The position numbers were made by a program, and so were the translations under genes. DNA of 64,000 nucleotides from an uncultured Gammaproteobacteria bacterium (lineage in GTDB: Bacteria; Patescibacteriota; Microgenomatia; 2-02-FULL-39-11), in the NCBI GenBank assembly GCA_964446235.1, contig CAYUNW010000003.1, positions 7,182 through 71,181 on the forward strand, in the 5' to 3' direction. Positions 1 to 10,480 of this stretch are shown piece by piece (position 1 is the stretch's first letter; every line of letters starts with the position of its first letter). Below the pieces are notes generated by a model. That model saw only the letters and a list, made by a program, of their open reading frames with translations, searched no databases and had not been told where the DNA came from.

Positions 1-1197
1 ATAAAAAAGGAAAATCCGCTTTTTTTTAACTTACCGGATAAACTTGAAGTATGGATGAGTCATGGGGACGAGGTCAAAAGTCCGCCAAAAGGAGCAGTTG
101 TTAGCGGTTGTACCCAAACGATAAAAGTAGCTTCATTTGCCTGGGAAGAAAAAAATTTTTATGGGGTTCAATTCCACCCCGAAGTACAGCATACCCCGAA
201 AGGGATGAAAATATTGGAAAATTTTGTATTCGGAATATGTCGGGAAATTGCCGTTGATAAAAAAATAGATATCAAAAATATTATTACTAAACTTAAAGAA
301 GATCTTAAAGGCAAGGCAGTCTGTGCATTATCCGGAGGTATAGATTCTGCTGTTGCAGCCGTGTTGTCTTCAAAGGCAATCGGTGATGACTTGACTTGTT
401 TTTATGTAGATACCGGACTTATGAGATATGAGGAAACTAAGCAAGTGGAGGATACTTTCAAAAAGCATTTCCGGCTTAATTTACAGGTAATTTATGCAAA
501 AAAAGAATTTCTTAAAGCGTTGAAAGGCGTTGTTGACCCAGAAGAAAAACGAAAAGTTGTTGGTGAAACATTTATCAGGATTTTTGAGAAAGAGGCAAAA
601 AAAATAAAAGCTAAATATCTTGTACAGGGGACGATTTATCCGGATGTGATCGAGAGCAAAGGAACAAAACATTCGGATAAAATCAAAACCCATCATAATG
701 TCGGTGGTATACCAGAATATCACAGTTTTACAATAGTTGAACCGCTTAAGTATTTTTATAAAGATGAGGTTAGAAGTATTGCCAAAGAATTATCATTCCC
801 CGAGACTATCATACATAGACATGTCTATCCCGGCCCTGGTTTGGCTGTTAGGGTAATCGGAGAAGTGACAGAGGAAAAACTGGATATACTGCGTCAGGCT
901 GATAGGATTGTGGTTGAAGAGATAAAGAAAGCCGGTATATATAATGATATTTGGATGGCTTTTGCGGTATTTAGCGGTATCAAAACTACCGGAGTCGGTG
1001 GAGATGAAAGAAAATACGGAGAAACCATTGCTGTCAGGGTTATCGAATCGAAAGACACAATGACAGCAGATTGGGTAAGATTACCCTATAAAGTACTAGC
1101 TAGAATTTCCAATAGAATTACCAACGAAGTTTTTCAGGTTGTCAGAGTAGTTTACGATATAACTACCAAACCTCCTTCAACAATGGAGTGGGAATAG
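1..1197 (+). CDS. guaA: GMP synthase (glutamine-hydrolysing), 5' end cut by window edge
   Basis: The frame is open from nt 1 (..LFFNLPDKLEVWMSHGD). It shows the GATase tail FHPEVQHTPKG, the PP-loop SGGIDS, and the conserved C-terminal end ..TKPPSTMEWE. Confidence 0.95.
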   Translation: MKKENPLFFNLPDKLEVWMSHGDEVKSPPKGAVVSGCTQTIKVASFAWEEKNFYGVQFHPEVQHTPKGMKILENFVFGICREIAVDKKIDIKNIITKLKEDLKGKAVCALSGGIDSAVAAVLSSKAIGDDLTCFYVDTGLMRYEETKQVEDTFKKHFRLNLQVIYAKKEFLKALKGVVDPEEKRKVVGETFIRIFEKEAKKIKAKYLVQGTIYPDVIESKGTKHSDKIKTHHNVGGIPEYHSFTIVEPLKYFYKDEVRSIAKELSFPETIIHRHVYPGPGLAVRVIGEVTEEKLDILRQADRIVVEEIKKAGIYNDIWMAFAVFSGIKTTGVGGDERKYGETIAVRVIESKDTMTADWVRLPYKVLARISNRITNEVFQVVRVVYDITTKPPSTMEWE

Positions 1198-1200
1198 AAA

Positions 1201-1926
1201 ATGAAAAAAATTTTAGAAATCCAAAAACTTAATAAAAATTTTAACGGTAAGAAAGCATTACATAATCTCGAGTTTTTTATAGAAGAAGGCCAAGTATTTG
1301 CTCTTATTGGTCCAAACGGTGCCGGTAAAACTACTGTAATCAAGATTATTGTCGGTTTATACCGTAAGGATACCGGTTCTGTTTTGTATAAAGGGGTGGA
1401 TATTACCGATCCTGATTCTTTGGAAAAAGCGTCAATAGGTTATATACCTGATGAACCCATTTTCCCAAATTTTCTTACCGGGATGGAGTTTTTAAACTAT
1501 ATTAGACTTGAATATAATGTATCCAAATCAGAATTTGAGAAAAGACTTAAAAATATTTTAGAATTGTATCCGATAAAAGATGTTCTTTTTGATTATCCGG
1601 AAAATTATTCCCGCGGAAATAAACAGAAACTATCAATTATTGCAGGTTTAATTCATAATCCTGATTTTTTGATTTTTGATGAACCGATTGTCGGATTAGA
1701 TCCGGAAAGTATTGAATCGACGGTAAAGCTTTTCCGGGATTTTAGTAAATCTGGGGGAACGATTTTGGTGTCATCTCATACTTTATCATTTATTGAAAGG
1801 GTAGCTTCAAAAATAGCCATTATTATAAAAGGTGAGATAGTGAAATCCGGCATGATCAAAGATATTGAAAAAATCACAAAAAACACAAATTTAACAAACG
1901 CTTATCTAAAAATAGCCAAAAAATAG
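1201..1926 (+). CDS. ABC transporter ATP-binding protein
   Basis: Walker A GPNGAGKTT, degenerate signature SRGNKQKLS, Walker B LIFDEP, H-loop SSHT. Confidence 0.9.
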   Translation: MKKILEIQKLNKNFNGKKALHNLEFFIEEGQVFALIGPNGAGKTTVIKIIVGLYRKDTGSVLYKGVDITDPDSLEKASIGYIPDEPIFPNFLTGMEFLNYIRLEYNVSKSEFEKRLKNILELYPIKDVLFDYPENYSRGNKQKLSIIAGLIHNPDFLIFDEPIVGLDPESIESTVKLFRDFSKSGGTILVSSHTLSFIERVASKIAIIIKGEIVKSGMIKDIEKITKNTNLTNAYLKIAKK

Positions 1927-1930
1927 AAAA

Positions 1931-3553
1931 ATGACTTTTTTTGATACTTCTGTAAAAACAGATTTTTATCTGATTACAAAAACATTTTTATTCCTTTTTA
2001 AAAGAAAAGACCCGGCTAGAATTTTTGTGGCAATGTTATTTTTCACACTGCTGCTGTTTTTGGTATATGTATCATACTTTGCAGGAAGTAAACTCAGTTT
2101 TTATTTTGACAGTTTCGGTAGTTTTACCGCTACATTGACGGATTATATCTTAGTGACGTTATCTACTTCTTTATCGATATTTGCCTTTTTCAGTTACGCC
2201 ATATCTTTTTATTTTATAGTAGCCGAAGAGAGTTACCGTAGTTATGTAATAAAAGGGGGTAAGAAATTAAATTTCATTTCTAATGTTTTTATCAAATCAT
2301 TTGTTTTTGGCAGTTGGCCTTATTTACTTATTTCCATTCCATTTTTCCTGCCATTTATGCTGAAAAACAACCCTTTTTATCTGGGTTTATTTCGGCTTGT
2401 ATTTTCCCAGATATTATTAGCCCTTATAGTCATGTCAATCGCTGCAATTATAGTCATAGTTACATATCCATATATACGAGTGATACTTAAGAAATATTAT
2501 TTTTTGTTTATTCCTTTAGTAATGATATTTATTTATTTGATTTTTTCAAAAATCGTTTTTCCCTATAACTTGCCGGAAATAGCCAAAAACGAAGATATCA
2601 GTATTGTGAAAATCAGATTGCTTGATACTCCTGTGTTTATTTCATACCAGCCGGCTTTGGTTTTTGTCAAAAGTCTTACAAACCGTTTTGAACTTTTTTT
2701 AATTACTTTGCAAGGGTTAATTTCATTTCTGGGATTTTTATTTATTTCAAAAAATAAAATAATTAGAATTTGGCAAGATTCATATGAGGAACGTTTCGGT
2801 TTAAGCTTCTATAAAGCCAAAAATATAAATATAAGTTACTTGACAAAAAAACTTAATTCAAAAATCAGCGTTTTGGTACTGAATGAAGTTTTGTTTATTT
2901 TAAGAAGCCCATATGCTTTCGGCTATTTAATTTTTGTATCGAGTTTATATGTAGTTTTATTATTTTTTCTTTCCAAAGCAACGATATTAACTTCGGATTA
3001 TAAACAGTTTGATAATATAGTGATGAGTGCTTCTTTTTTGTCCATAACATATTTGATACTACTTCTTAACATTCGTTTCATTTTTCCAGCTATTTCATTG
3101 GGGGAGAAATTCTTATGGAGCTCGATAACAGCCGAAAAGAAGAAAAGAAACTTCTTCCGTTTCAAATGGGTTTATAACTTTATGATATTGATATTTACGG
3201 TATATTTTCTATCGTTTTTGGCAATTATGAATAACCAAATTATCCGAAAAGCGGCTTCAGATATTTTGCCGCATCTCATATTCACCTCGATTTTGATAAT
3301 ATTTACCTCATTATTTATCGGCTCTTTATATCATAAAGCCATAAAGGATAGGGAAGTAGAAAAATTAGCAACGACAATTCCCGGTATAATAGTCACAATA
3401 GCCAGTTTGTTTTTTAGTATATTTTTCTTATGGGTTTTTTATAATCCGTGGTTAAACTGGCATTATATTGTAGTCTATATTTTGTCATTTCTTATAATGG
3501 CTAAACTATATATCTATGCAGAAAACAGATTTATCAGTGACGATTTGGGGTAA
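1931..3553 (+). CDS. Polytopic membrane protein, probable permease partner of the upstream ABC ATPase
   Basis: 540 aa, almost entirely hydrophobic helices. It starts 5 nt after the ATPase stop. No recognisable motif. Confidence 0.5.
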   Translation: MTFFDTSVKTDFYLITKTFLFLFKRKDPARIFVAMLFFTLLLFLVYVSYFAGSKLSFYFDSFGSFTATLTDYILVTLSTSLSIFAFFSYAISFYFIVAEESYRSYVIKGGKKLNFISNVFIKSFVFGSWPYLLISIPFFLPFMLKNNPFYLGLFRLVFSQILLALIVMSIAAIIVIVTYPYIRVILKKYYFLFIPLVMIFIYLIFSKIVFPYNLPEIAKNEDISIVKIRLLDTPVFISYQPALVFVKSLTNRFELFLITLQGLISFLGFLFISKNKIIRIWQDSYEERFGLSFYKAKNINISYLTKKLNSKISVLVLNEVLFILRSPYAFGYLIFVSSLYVVLLFFLSKATILTSDYKQFDNIVMSASFLSITYLILLLNIRFIFPAISLGEKFLWSSITAEKKKRNFFRFKWVYNFMILIFTVYFLSFLAIMNNQIIRKAASDILPHLIFTSILIIFTSLFIGSLYHKAIKDREVEKLATTIPGIIVTIASLFFSIFFLWVFYNPWLNWHYIVVYILSFLIMAKLYIYAENRFISDDLG

Positions 3554-3557
3554 TGAA

Positions 3558-3878
3558 TTAATTCAATTTAAAAAGAAATTGCAATATTTGCAGTATCCAA
3601 AAAGCAGCAAAAATCAGAAAAAAACCTAAAATTGCATTGGTGATTTTACCTTTTCCTACGGCTGCTTTTTTGGGATCACCCATGGCTAGCATATAGTCAA
3701 AACCTCCCCAAACAAGGTATAGAAGAAGGATTATACCGGCAATTGGAAACAGATAACCCATGGCTAAATTGACGATACTTGCTAGGTTGGTAAATTCAGG
3801 TTTCAGACCGGTTGGTCCGCATATCGGATCCTGACCAACCAAACCTACGCAATTTGGGTCTACAGCAAACACTTTCAT
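3558..3878 (-). CDS. Small two-TM protein, TrbC/VirB2 (T4SS pilin)-like
   Basis: TM - GDPKKAAVGKGKI - TM architecture. The same C-terminal module occurs in the two upstream paralogues. Confidence 0.5.
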   Translation of the reverse strand: MKVFAVDPNCVGLVGQDPICGPTGLKPEFTNLASIVNLAMGYLFPIAGIILLLYLVWGGFDYMLAMGDPKKAAVGKGKITNAILGFFLIFAAFWILQILQFLFKLN

Positions 3879-3895
3879 ATTTATATTTTAACAGA

Positions 3896-5386
3896 TTATT
3901 TGGCAAAAAACGGCAGATCAAGAATTTGTACACCAATAATATTTAATAGAAATACGGAAAATATAATCAGGATAAGTCCCGAAAGGGCAGAAACAATAAT
4001 TTCTTTGCCTTGTGTGACTTTTTCGGCGTTACCGGCGCTGGTCATAAAAAGGAAGGCTCCGTAAATAAAATACAGAAAAGCTATACCTCCGGCCATACCG
4101 ATGCCGACACCAAAAATTGCTTCGGTAAAAAACTTAGGACCTTCAACACTGACACAGCCCAAAGCGGTCCATACCTGTTCCGGCGAGCATTTTTTGCATT
4201 CACTGTCATATGGTGGTGGTAGTTTATCGCAAAGTAGTACCAAATCAGGTGCGCCTGGAACTGGAGTGTTTGATAGGATTGGAGAAGGAGAAAGGATTGG
4301 AGCAAGACATTTTGGGCATGTTTTACATTGAGAATAGTCACATCCATCCGCACGAATACACGGCTCAATTCCACAATCTGCTCCTGCTGCAGGTATGCAA
4401 CAGGCATTACTTGGTTGATTGCATGTATAGACAGTAGAGTAACTACCCGATGAACAGGCGCTTCCCATAGTCTTAGGTACACAATATAGAGGCGGTGGAC
4501 AAAATGGTAGCACCGGAGTAGGTGTTGGAAGCACTCCGCATCCTGTAGATACACAGCTTTCAAAACTGATTGAACAAGCTGTTTCAGTTTCGGTAAGATA
4601 CGCTTCTCCACCACCAGGGGATGCAATACGTCTTCCTAATGGTATTGAAGCGTTGATTTGATACTCACCTTCAATAAATTTACCGATATTATGACTAAAG
4701 GTAATATCATTGTTATAGTTATATGTAATATCCTGCGGTTTGATAAGAGTATTACCTCCTGAGTTATTAGAAATGCTTATACCCGAATCTGGATTTGCAC
4801 TAACTGCATTATTCGGCATAACTCTTAGAGTTGGATTAGGTGGATTGATATTTATAATGCCATTTAGGGTTATTGAAGTGTCAGGTTTAATGTCTGTTGA
4901 AGGATTAAGAGTCAAACTACAGCTTGTGGAATATGATAGTGTAGGACTAGGTGCTGTTAACCAGTCAGATGGTAAAATCGTATAATTGCATATTTCTGGA
5001 GGAGTATAAGTGCTATTTGTTACTACAAACTCGATAGTGCTACCAGTATTTGTACTGTCAAAACTCCAGGAGCTTTTAATTACTTCGTTTGCATCAGGTT
5101 TCCTATTTATACTGCTACAACCTAATCCTCCATGACAGACTACATCAATTTTATAAGTAAGATTTTTATCAGGAAGGTTGCCAATTTCGAAATTTATTTT
5201 TCCGTATGAGCTTGAGTTTTTCATAAAAGGCGGACCACTGTATCCATAATCATCTGTCATATTCCATGTGCACGGACCGGTGTTGGATGCAGAATATACG
5301 TTATTGAGGATGAGATTGTCCCGTTTCAAATTTATCATAAGAAAACCCATTATCAGAACGCTTATGATATAAGTAATTTTTTTCAT
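3896..5386 (-). CDS. Cys-rich surface protein with C-terminal T4SS-pilin-like two-TM module
   Basis: N-terminal signal/TM, beta-rich region, dense Cys/Pro block (CPPPLYCVPK..CCIPAAGADCGIEPC..CKTCPKC). The C-terminus TSAGNAEKVTQGKEII..LILIIFSVFLL matches the 5390-5887 protein. Confidence 0.5.
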   Translation of the reverse strand: MKKITYIISVLIMGFLMINLKRDNLILNNVYSASNTGPCTWNMTDDYGYSGPPFMKNSSSYGKINFEIGNLPDKNLTYKIDVVCHGGLGCSSINRKPDANEVIKSSWSFDSTNTGSTIEFVVTNSTYTPPEICNYTILPSDWLTAPSPTLSYSTSCSLTLNPSTDIKPDTSITLNGIININPPNPTLRVMPNNAVSANPDSGISISNNSGGNTLIKPQDITYNYNNDITFSHNIGKFIEGEYQINASIPLGRRIASPGGGEAYLTETETACSISFESCVSTGCGVLPTPTPVLPFCPPPLYCVPKTMGSACSSGSYSTVYTCNQPSNACCIPAAGADCGIEPCIRADGCDYSQCKTCPKCLAPILSPSPILSNTPVPGAPDLVLLCDKLPPPYDSECKKCSPEQVWTALGCVSVEGPKFFTEAIFGVGIGMAGGIAFLYFIYGAFLFMTSAGNAEKVTQGKEIIVSALSGLILIIFSVFLLNIIGVQILDLPFFAK

Positions 5387-5389
5387 TTT

Positions 5390-5887
5390 TTACTCAAATC
5401 CCGGTAATTGCAAAATGTCATAGCCGATTGTTCGAAGCAGGAATACGGAAAAAATAATCAAAAGCAAACCAAAAATTGATGAGGTGATGATATCCCTACC
5501 CATTTGCAGTCTTTGCGGATCGCCGGAAGAGGTCAATATTACGGTTGTCCCAAAAACCATGACCAGAAATGCTATACCGCCTGATATTCCAAAAAATATT
5601 GACAAAATTGATCGGACGAAATCGTTTGGATTTGTAGAAAAGCAGCCAAAGACAGTATAGACGTGAGGCGTAGGTTTAAGCACCCCACTTTGCATAGGGT
5701 CATAAATACAGTCATAACATTTTTGCCATCCCGGAGGAGTAGGTCCGTAAGGTCTATTACACCAACCGCAAAGATCACAGGTAGTATCATCAGTGCTTAA
5801 GGCATAGACCGGTTGGGAAAAACTCAGAAAAAAACCAAGCAAAAGAAAAAATATACTGATTAAAACTAAAAATTTTCCTTTGGGCAT
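5390..5887 (-). CDS. Cys-rich secreted protein with C-terminal T4SS-pilin-like two-TM module
   Basis: Start chosen at MPKGKFLVLISIFF.. (signal-peptide-like, ..PVYA/LS). The ORF is open up to 5950. C-terminus TSSGDPQRLQMGRDII..LLIIFSVFLL. Confidence 0.5.
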   Translation of the reverse strand: MPKGKFLVLISIFFLLLGFFLSFSQPVYALSTDDTTCDLCGWCNRPYGPTPPGWQKCYDCIYDPMQSGVLKPTPHVYTVFGCFSTNPNDFVRSILSIFFGISGGIAFLVMVFGTTVILTSSGDPQRLQMGRDIITSSIFGLLLIIFSVFLLRTIGYDILQLPGFE

Positions 5888-5981
5888 TGACTTAAGTGTA
5901 GCAAATTTGATTATAAGTATTAAGTACGAAAGAAAACAGGCGATAATCATAGCCGGGTCTGCTATAATATTTTTTACGAAA

Positions 5982-7760
5982 ATGTTTCAGAAATACAAAC
6001 AGATATTTATCATTTTATTATTACTGACAGTTTTTTTATCGGGAGCAATTTATCTAGGCAAAAATATCATTATTAATAATGTCTATGCAGGAGAGCTTGA
6101 AGATCTTGAAAAGCAGCTTTCTGATCTGAAAAGAGCTTTGGAAATGTCTGTTGCCGCCACCACTCCGTTGGAAAAAAATCTGGATAAACTGAATGACAAT
6201 CTCAATAAAATTAAAGATAGGATCGACTTGATAGAAAAAGATGTAGAAAATAAAGAAAAAGAAGTGAACGAAGGAGAAACATTACTAGTTTTTGCCCAGG
6301 AATTATTAAGTGAAAAAGTAAGAAAATTTTATAAGCATTATTATTCTACTCCTCAGCTTCTATACATTCTAACCGGTAAAAATCTGACTGACTCGTTCAG
6401 AAACCTAAGTTACCAAAAGGCAGTAATCGGTAATGACCGAGATACAATAGTCAAAGTAGTTTTGTATATCAAAGATTTGGAAGAGAAGAAAAAAAATCTT
6501 GAACTTGAAAAAGTTCAGCTGAGTAAGGTCAAAACTGAAACAGATGCTCAAGCGGCAATTTTGGATAAAGAAATTACCGGCGCCAAAAAATACCAATCAC
6601 AACTATCAAGTAAAATCGCCCAGCTTTCTGACAGACAAAAGCAGCTACTGGCTGAAAAATTATCAAGCCTAAATCTGCCTACGTCGTTGGGTGCTGGTCC
6701 GCTTTATTGTACTGACGATAGAAAAATCGACCCCGGTTTTGGAAACGCATTTGCATTTTTTACTTTCGGAATACCACACAGGGTTGGCATGAATCAGTAT
6801 GGAGCATACGGTAGGGCAAAAGCCGGACAGGATTATAAAAGCATTCTTAATGCTTATTTTAAAAATGTCAGAATGGAATGTAAAAGCACTAATAATAAAA
6901 AAATCAAGGTTGCAGGACACGGGGAAATGGAGCTGGAGAAATATTTATTGGGTATTTATGAAATCCCGGAAAGCTGGCCGATGGAATCTTTGAAGGCACA
7001 GGTAGTAGCAGCCAGAAGCTATGCTATAGCTTACACTGGAGGTGGAGAGAGAGAAATCTGTACCACCCAAAGCTGTCAAGTGTATAAGGGCGGTAACAAA
7101 GGAGGTCAGTGGGAGCAGGCGGTCAATCAAACAGGAAAAGATGCATGTTCTGATGGGAACGGGCAAGTATTGGTTTCCAACGATACAGGTGAAGTTATTA
7201 CCGCCTGGTATGCTTCCACGTCAGGCGGATATACATTCGAGTCGAGTGATGTTGGTTGGAACGGGAGGCCGTGGACGAAAAGACTTAGGGATACAACAGG
7301 GGATGTCAATAGTTTCAGTGATCTTTTTGACAAAGCATACGACAAAGAATCTCCGTGTTTTTATTCGGCACAGGGTTTTCGAAATGAATTTAACAAAAGT
7401 GCCTGGTTGAAAAATGAGGAAGTTGCCGATATTGTAAACGTTTTACTGCTTGCCAAAAAAGACTCATCTGTCCAAAGCCACCTTTCCCAAAAAGACAAAC
7501 CCAATCCTGACGGCACCGATACTTGGGATGAAGGTAGGGTTAAGCTGGAACTAAGAAATCGTGGGGTTACTCCTTACAATAGTATTTCATCGGTTTCCGT
7601 AGATTGGGATAAAGGGTTTGGTAGGACAAATACCGTGACTATAAACGGAGATGCAGGTTCAAACAGTTTTGACGGAAATGAATTTAAAAACTTCTTCAAT
7701 TTAAGAGCGCCGGCAAATATTCAGATTGTCGGTCCGTTGTATAATGTGGAAAGGCGATAA
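5982..7760 (+). CDS. SpoIID/LytB-domain protein with N-terminal TM and coiled coil
   Basis: Motifs VVAARSYA, CTTQSCQVYKG and WYASTSGGYT. ATG at 5982 avoids overlap with the divergent gene. TATAAT at 5964-5969. Confidence 0.85.
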   Translation: MFQKYKQIFIILLLLTVFLSGAIYLGKNIIINNVYAGELEDLEKQLSDLKRALEMSVAATTPLEKNLDKLNDNLNKIKDRIDLIEKDVENKEKEVNEGETLLVFAQELLSEKVRKFYKHYYSTPQLLYILTGKNLTDSFRNLSYQKAVIGNDRDTIVKVVLYIKDLEEKKKNLELEKVQLSKVKTETDAQAAILDKEITGAKKYQSQLSSKIAQLSDRQKQLLAEKLSSLNLPTSLGAGPLYCTDDRKIDPGFGNAFAFFTFGIPHRVGMNQYGAYGRAKAGQDYKSILNAYFKNVRMECKSTNNKKIKVAGHGEMELEKYLLGIYEIPESWPMESLKAQVVAARSYAIAYTGGGEREICTTQSCQVYKGGNKGGQWEQAVNQTGKDACSDGNGQVLVSNDTGEVITAWYASTSGGYTFESSDVGWNGRPWTKRLRDTTGDVNSFSDLFDKAYDKESPCFYSAQGFRNEFNKSAWLKNEEVADIVNVLLLAKKDSSVQSHLSQKDKPNPDGTDTWDEGRVKLELRNRGVTPYNSISSVSVDWDKGFGRTNTVTINGDAGSNSFDGNEFKNFFNLRAPANIQIVGPLYNVERR

Positions 7761-7775
7761 AAACATTTCATACCA

Positions 7776-8438
7776 ATGCCTGACATATTTAACCCTCAGA
7801 ATAAATTGGAAGAAAAAGAAAAAAAAGTAACACCAAGCATTGGTTCCCAATTATATTCCAAATCAGACAATGGTGGTATAAGCCATCTATTATCATCTTT
7901 TCTTTTTATGCCCCAAAATACCCGTTTTGAAACTCAGGAGGAAGGGGAAAACGTAGTACTTTTATTAAGGAAACATTGGATTACAAACGTCTCTTGGATA
8001 CTTACATGTGTCATATTTTTAGTAGCACCGATATTTATCCTACCGGCGTTATTTTTAAACGGACTGGTGCCGGTAGATTTTCCGGATAAAATTATAAACG
8101 CAGTAATAATATATTGGTATATGTCAGTATTTTCATATGCATTTGTAAGTTTTCTGATGTGGTATTTTACCGTATCGATTGTGACTGAAACGCGGGTGGT
8201 TGATGTGGATTTTATAAATATTTTGCATAAAAAAAGCGCTGAAACCAGAATCGCAAAAGTTGAGGATGTCACAGAAAGGACAGGCGGGTTTATCAGGTCT
8301 TTATTTGATTTTGGTGATGTATTTCTGCAAACTGCAGCCAAAGACGCTATGTTTCAGTTTGAAGCGGTACCCCATCCGGCCAGAATAGTCAAAATAGTCA
8401 ATAATTTGCTAGGTAAAAGCATCGAGGAGGAAGTCTAA
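7776..8438 (+). CDS. Membrane protein with bacterial PH (YdbS/YdbT-like) domain
   Basis: Two TM helices are followed by ..RVVDVDF..IAKVEDVT..FGDVFLQTA, a pattern typical of bPH_2-type domains. Confidence 0.4.
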   Translation: MPDIFNPQNKLEEKEKKVTPSIGSQLYSKSDNGGISHLLSSFLFMPQNTRFETQEEGENVVLLLRKHWITNVSWILTCVIFLVAPIFILPALFLNGLVPVDFPDKIINAVIIYWYMSVFSYAFVSFLMWYFTVSIVTETRVVDVDFINILHKKSAETRIAKVEDVTERTGGFIRSLFDFGDVFLQTAAKDAMFQFEAVPHPARIVKIVNNLLGKSIEEEV

Positions 8439-8440
8439 AA

Positions 8441-8671
8441 ATGGAAGGACTTGATAGTACTTTATTTTCAGGTCTGACAATGATGCTTTTTAAAACGTGC
8501 ATGATTACCGTGTCGTTGATGTATCTTGCATTTGCTGCTGTGGTTTTGAAACAGACGAAATTAATGCTGAAAGTGATTGAGGCAAATATGTCAGGAATAA
8601 TTTATACAATTGCTCTTCTGCATCTTTTCGCGTCCATTTTTATTCTAATTTGGGCTATACTGTATTTATAG
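8441..8671 (+). CDS. Small membrane protein, unknown function
   Basis: 76 aa with two hydrophobic helices, packed between neighbouring genes. Confidence 0.35.
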   Translation: MEGLDSTLFSGLTMMLFKTCMITVSLMYLAFAAVVLKQTKLMLKVIEANMSGIIYTIALLHLFASIFILIWAILYL

Positions 8672-8677
8672 GTTAAT

Positions 8678-10474
8678 TTGACACAGTGTATGCTGACTAT
8701 AGGTGAAAGCGCCAAAATTACATCTCAAACAGATGCCAATAATTGGAGTGGGGTATTTTCCGAGGACGGATTGTTTTTATCATTGGAAATTACTACCAGT
8801 GATTCAGATGCGCAAAAATTTGGGAAAAAGATATTTGAAGAAATTATTGATTTACTTCGAGAAGCCAGTGTTGAAGAAAGTTTACTCCCTCAAATAGTCT
8901 TAAAAATGTCACATTATGACGAAATTGTCTCTGCTGTTTTCGGTTTGGTAGGCAAAGACAAGCTATACATTGGCGGGATCAGAGAGGGTGCTGCCTATAT
9001 GTATAGAGACGGAAGAGCCGGTCAGATTTTGGATGGGGAAGAATATGCGGTTGGCAGTATCAGAGATAACGACCGGATTTTGATTTTAGGCAAAAGATTA
9101 CACGATAAAATTGGTCCTGATAATTTGATAGAGTTTTTAAAAGAAGATAATTTTGACGATGCTTATTCGCTTATTGTGTCCAGATTAAGTCAGGATGATG
9201 AAATAAAAGGGGCTGCAGCTTTGTTTTTTGCTGTTGAAGATAAAGTAATTGATAAAGATATTAATGATCAGGATTTAACTTCATCCCAAAAGAAAAAAAA
9301 TATCTTTTTAAACACTGTACTATTAAAAATAAAAAACATTACATCTTTTAGCCGTTTTAGTAATTTAAAGCAAAGGATATTGATACTGGCTGCTATTTTG
9401 GTTGTTTTGATCCTTTCAATAAATATTTTTTCCGGCATAAAACAGAATTCTCTAAACGAAAAGAGCAAAAGATTAGACGAAACGGTAAATATCGTTAATC
9501 ATCAGTATAAAGAAGCTCTCAATTTGATTGATTTAAACCCCCAACGGGCAAGAGCATTGTTGTCCGACAGTAAATTGAGTTTATCACCTTTTTTGTCAGA
9601 ATTTGCTAAAAACTCCCGGGAATACAAAAAAATATCGGAATTACTTGGAAAAATATCAGAAAGCGAGACGATCGCATATAAAATTTATAAAATTACCCAG
9701 GCACCGATATTTTTTGACATCGGTTTGATAAAACCAGAAGGCGAAGGGGTAAAAATCGCTTCATTTCGCAAGCAAAAAGCAATTTTGGATACAAAAAACA
9801 AAGTAGTTTACGCACTGGAAACGACTACAAAAAAAACCGGTATTATCGCCGGCAGCGAGATTGTTAAAGATGCTCAGAATATAGCTGTATATGATACATC
9901 AGCATATATTGTAAATTCCGATGGGATTTATGAAATTGATTTGGAAGATAAAGAAATTGAATTGGTAGTTAAAAAAGATGACGAGTGGGGTAATATCGCG
10001 GATATAGCAACATTTGCCGGAAATGTATATTTACTGGACAAAGGCAATAATATGATTTGGAAGTATATCAAGACCGATTTTGGATTGTCAGATAGGACCA
10101 GGTATCTGAATACCGGAGCAGGGCTTGATATCAGTGATTCTGTCGGTATGACAATTGACGGTTCAGTGTGGGTATATAATTCAAGTGATATTTTGAAGTT
10201 TACCCAAGGTAATTACACAAACTTTATTTTTCAGGGATTTTCTGAATCGTTTCATAATATTGCATCTGTTTCAACTAGTGATATCGATAAATATTTATAT
10301 ATTTTGGATAAGGACATGGCAAGAGTGGTGGTTTTTGATAAGGACGGATTGTATCTTTCGCAATATCAATGGGAAGGTTTGCAAGATGCAACTGATATAG
10401 TGGTAAGTGAAGATGAAGACAAGCTATTTGTTTTAGTGCAAAGCAAAATTTACGCCTTTGATTTGAAAGACTGA
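8678..10474 (+). CDS. Hypothetical protein: degenerate PP2C-like N-domain, TM, C-terminal beta-propeller-like repeats
   Basis: 598 aa. It has a mid-protein TM (ILILAAILVVLILSINIF) and C-terminal repeats of the type ..YILD..G..I. TTG start at 8678, alternative ATG at 8690. Confidence 0.4.
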   Translation: MTQCMLTIGESAKITSQTDANNWSGVFSEDGLFLSLEITTSDSDAQKFGKKIFEEIIDLLREASVEESLLPQIVLKMSHYDEIVSAVFGLVGKDKLYIGGIREGAAYMYRDGRAGQILDGEEYAVGSIRDNDRILILGKRLHDKIGPDNLIEFLKEDNFDDAYSLIVSRLSQDDEIKGAAALFFAVEDKVIDKDINDQDLTSSQKKKNIFLNTVLLKIKNITSFSRFSNLKQRILILAAILVVLILSINIFSGIKQNSLNEKSKRLDETVNIVNHQYKEALNLIDLNPQRARALLSDSKLSLSPFLSEFAKNSREYKKISELLGKISESETIAYKIYKITQAPIFFDIGLIKPEGEGVKIASFRKQKAILDTKNKVVYALETTTKKTGIIAGSEIVKDAQNIAVYDTSAYIVNSDGIYEIDLEDKEIELVVKKDDEWGNIADIATFAGNVYLLDKGNNMIWKYIKTDFGLSDRTRYLNTGAGLDISDSVGMTIDGSVWVYNSSDILKFTQGNYTNFIFQGFSESFHNIASVSTSDIDKYLYILDKDMARVVVFDKDGLYLSQYQWEGLQDATDIVVSEDEDKLFVLVQSKIYAFDLKD

Positions 10475-10480
10475 TTTTAT

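Noticed and set aside
4010-4985. Several track ORFs (4010-4222, 4081-4626, 4101-4331, 4210-4437, 4740-4985) overlap the 496-aa gene.
   Set aside because: They are shadow or alternate-frame ORFs inside a long, coherent Cys-rich gene and have no independent signals. The same applies to most other 60-110-aa ORFs nested in or antisense to larger genes throughout the track.
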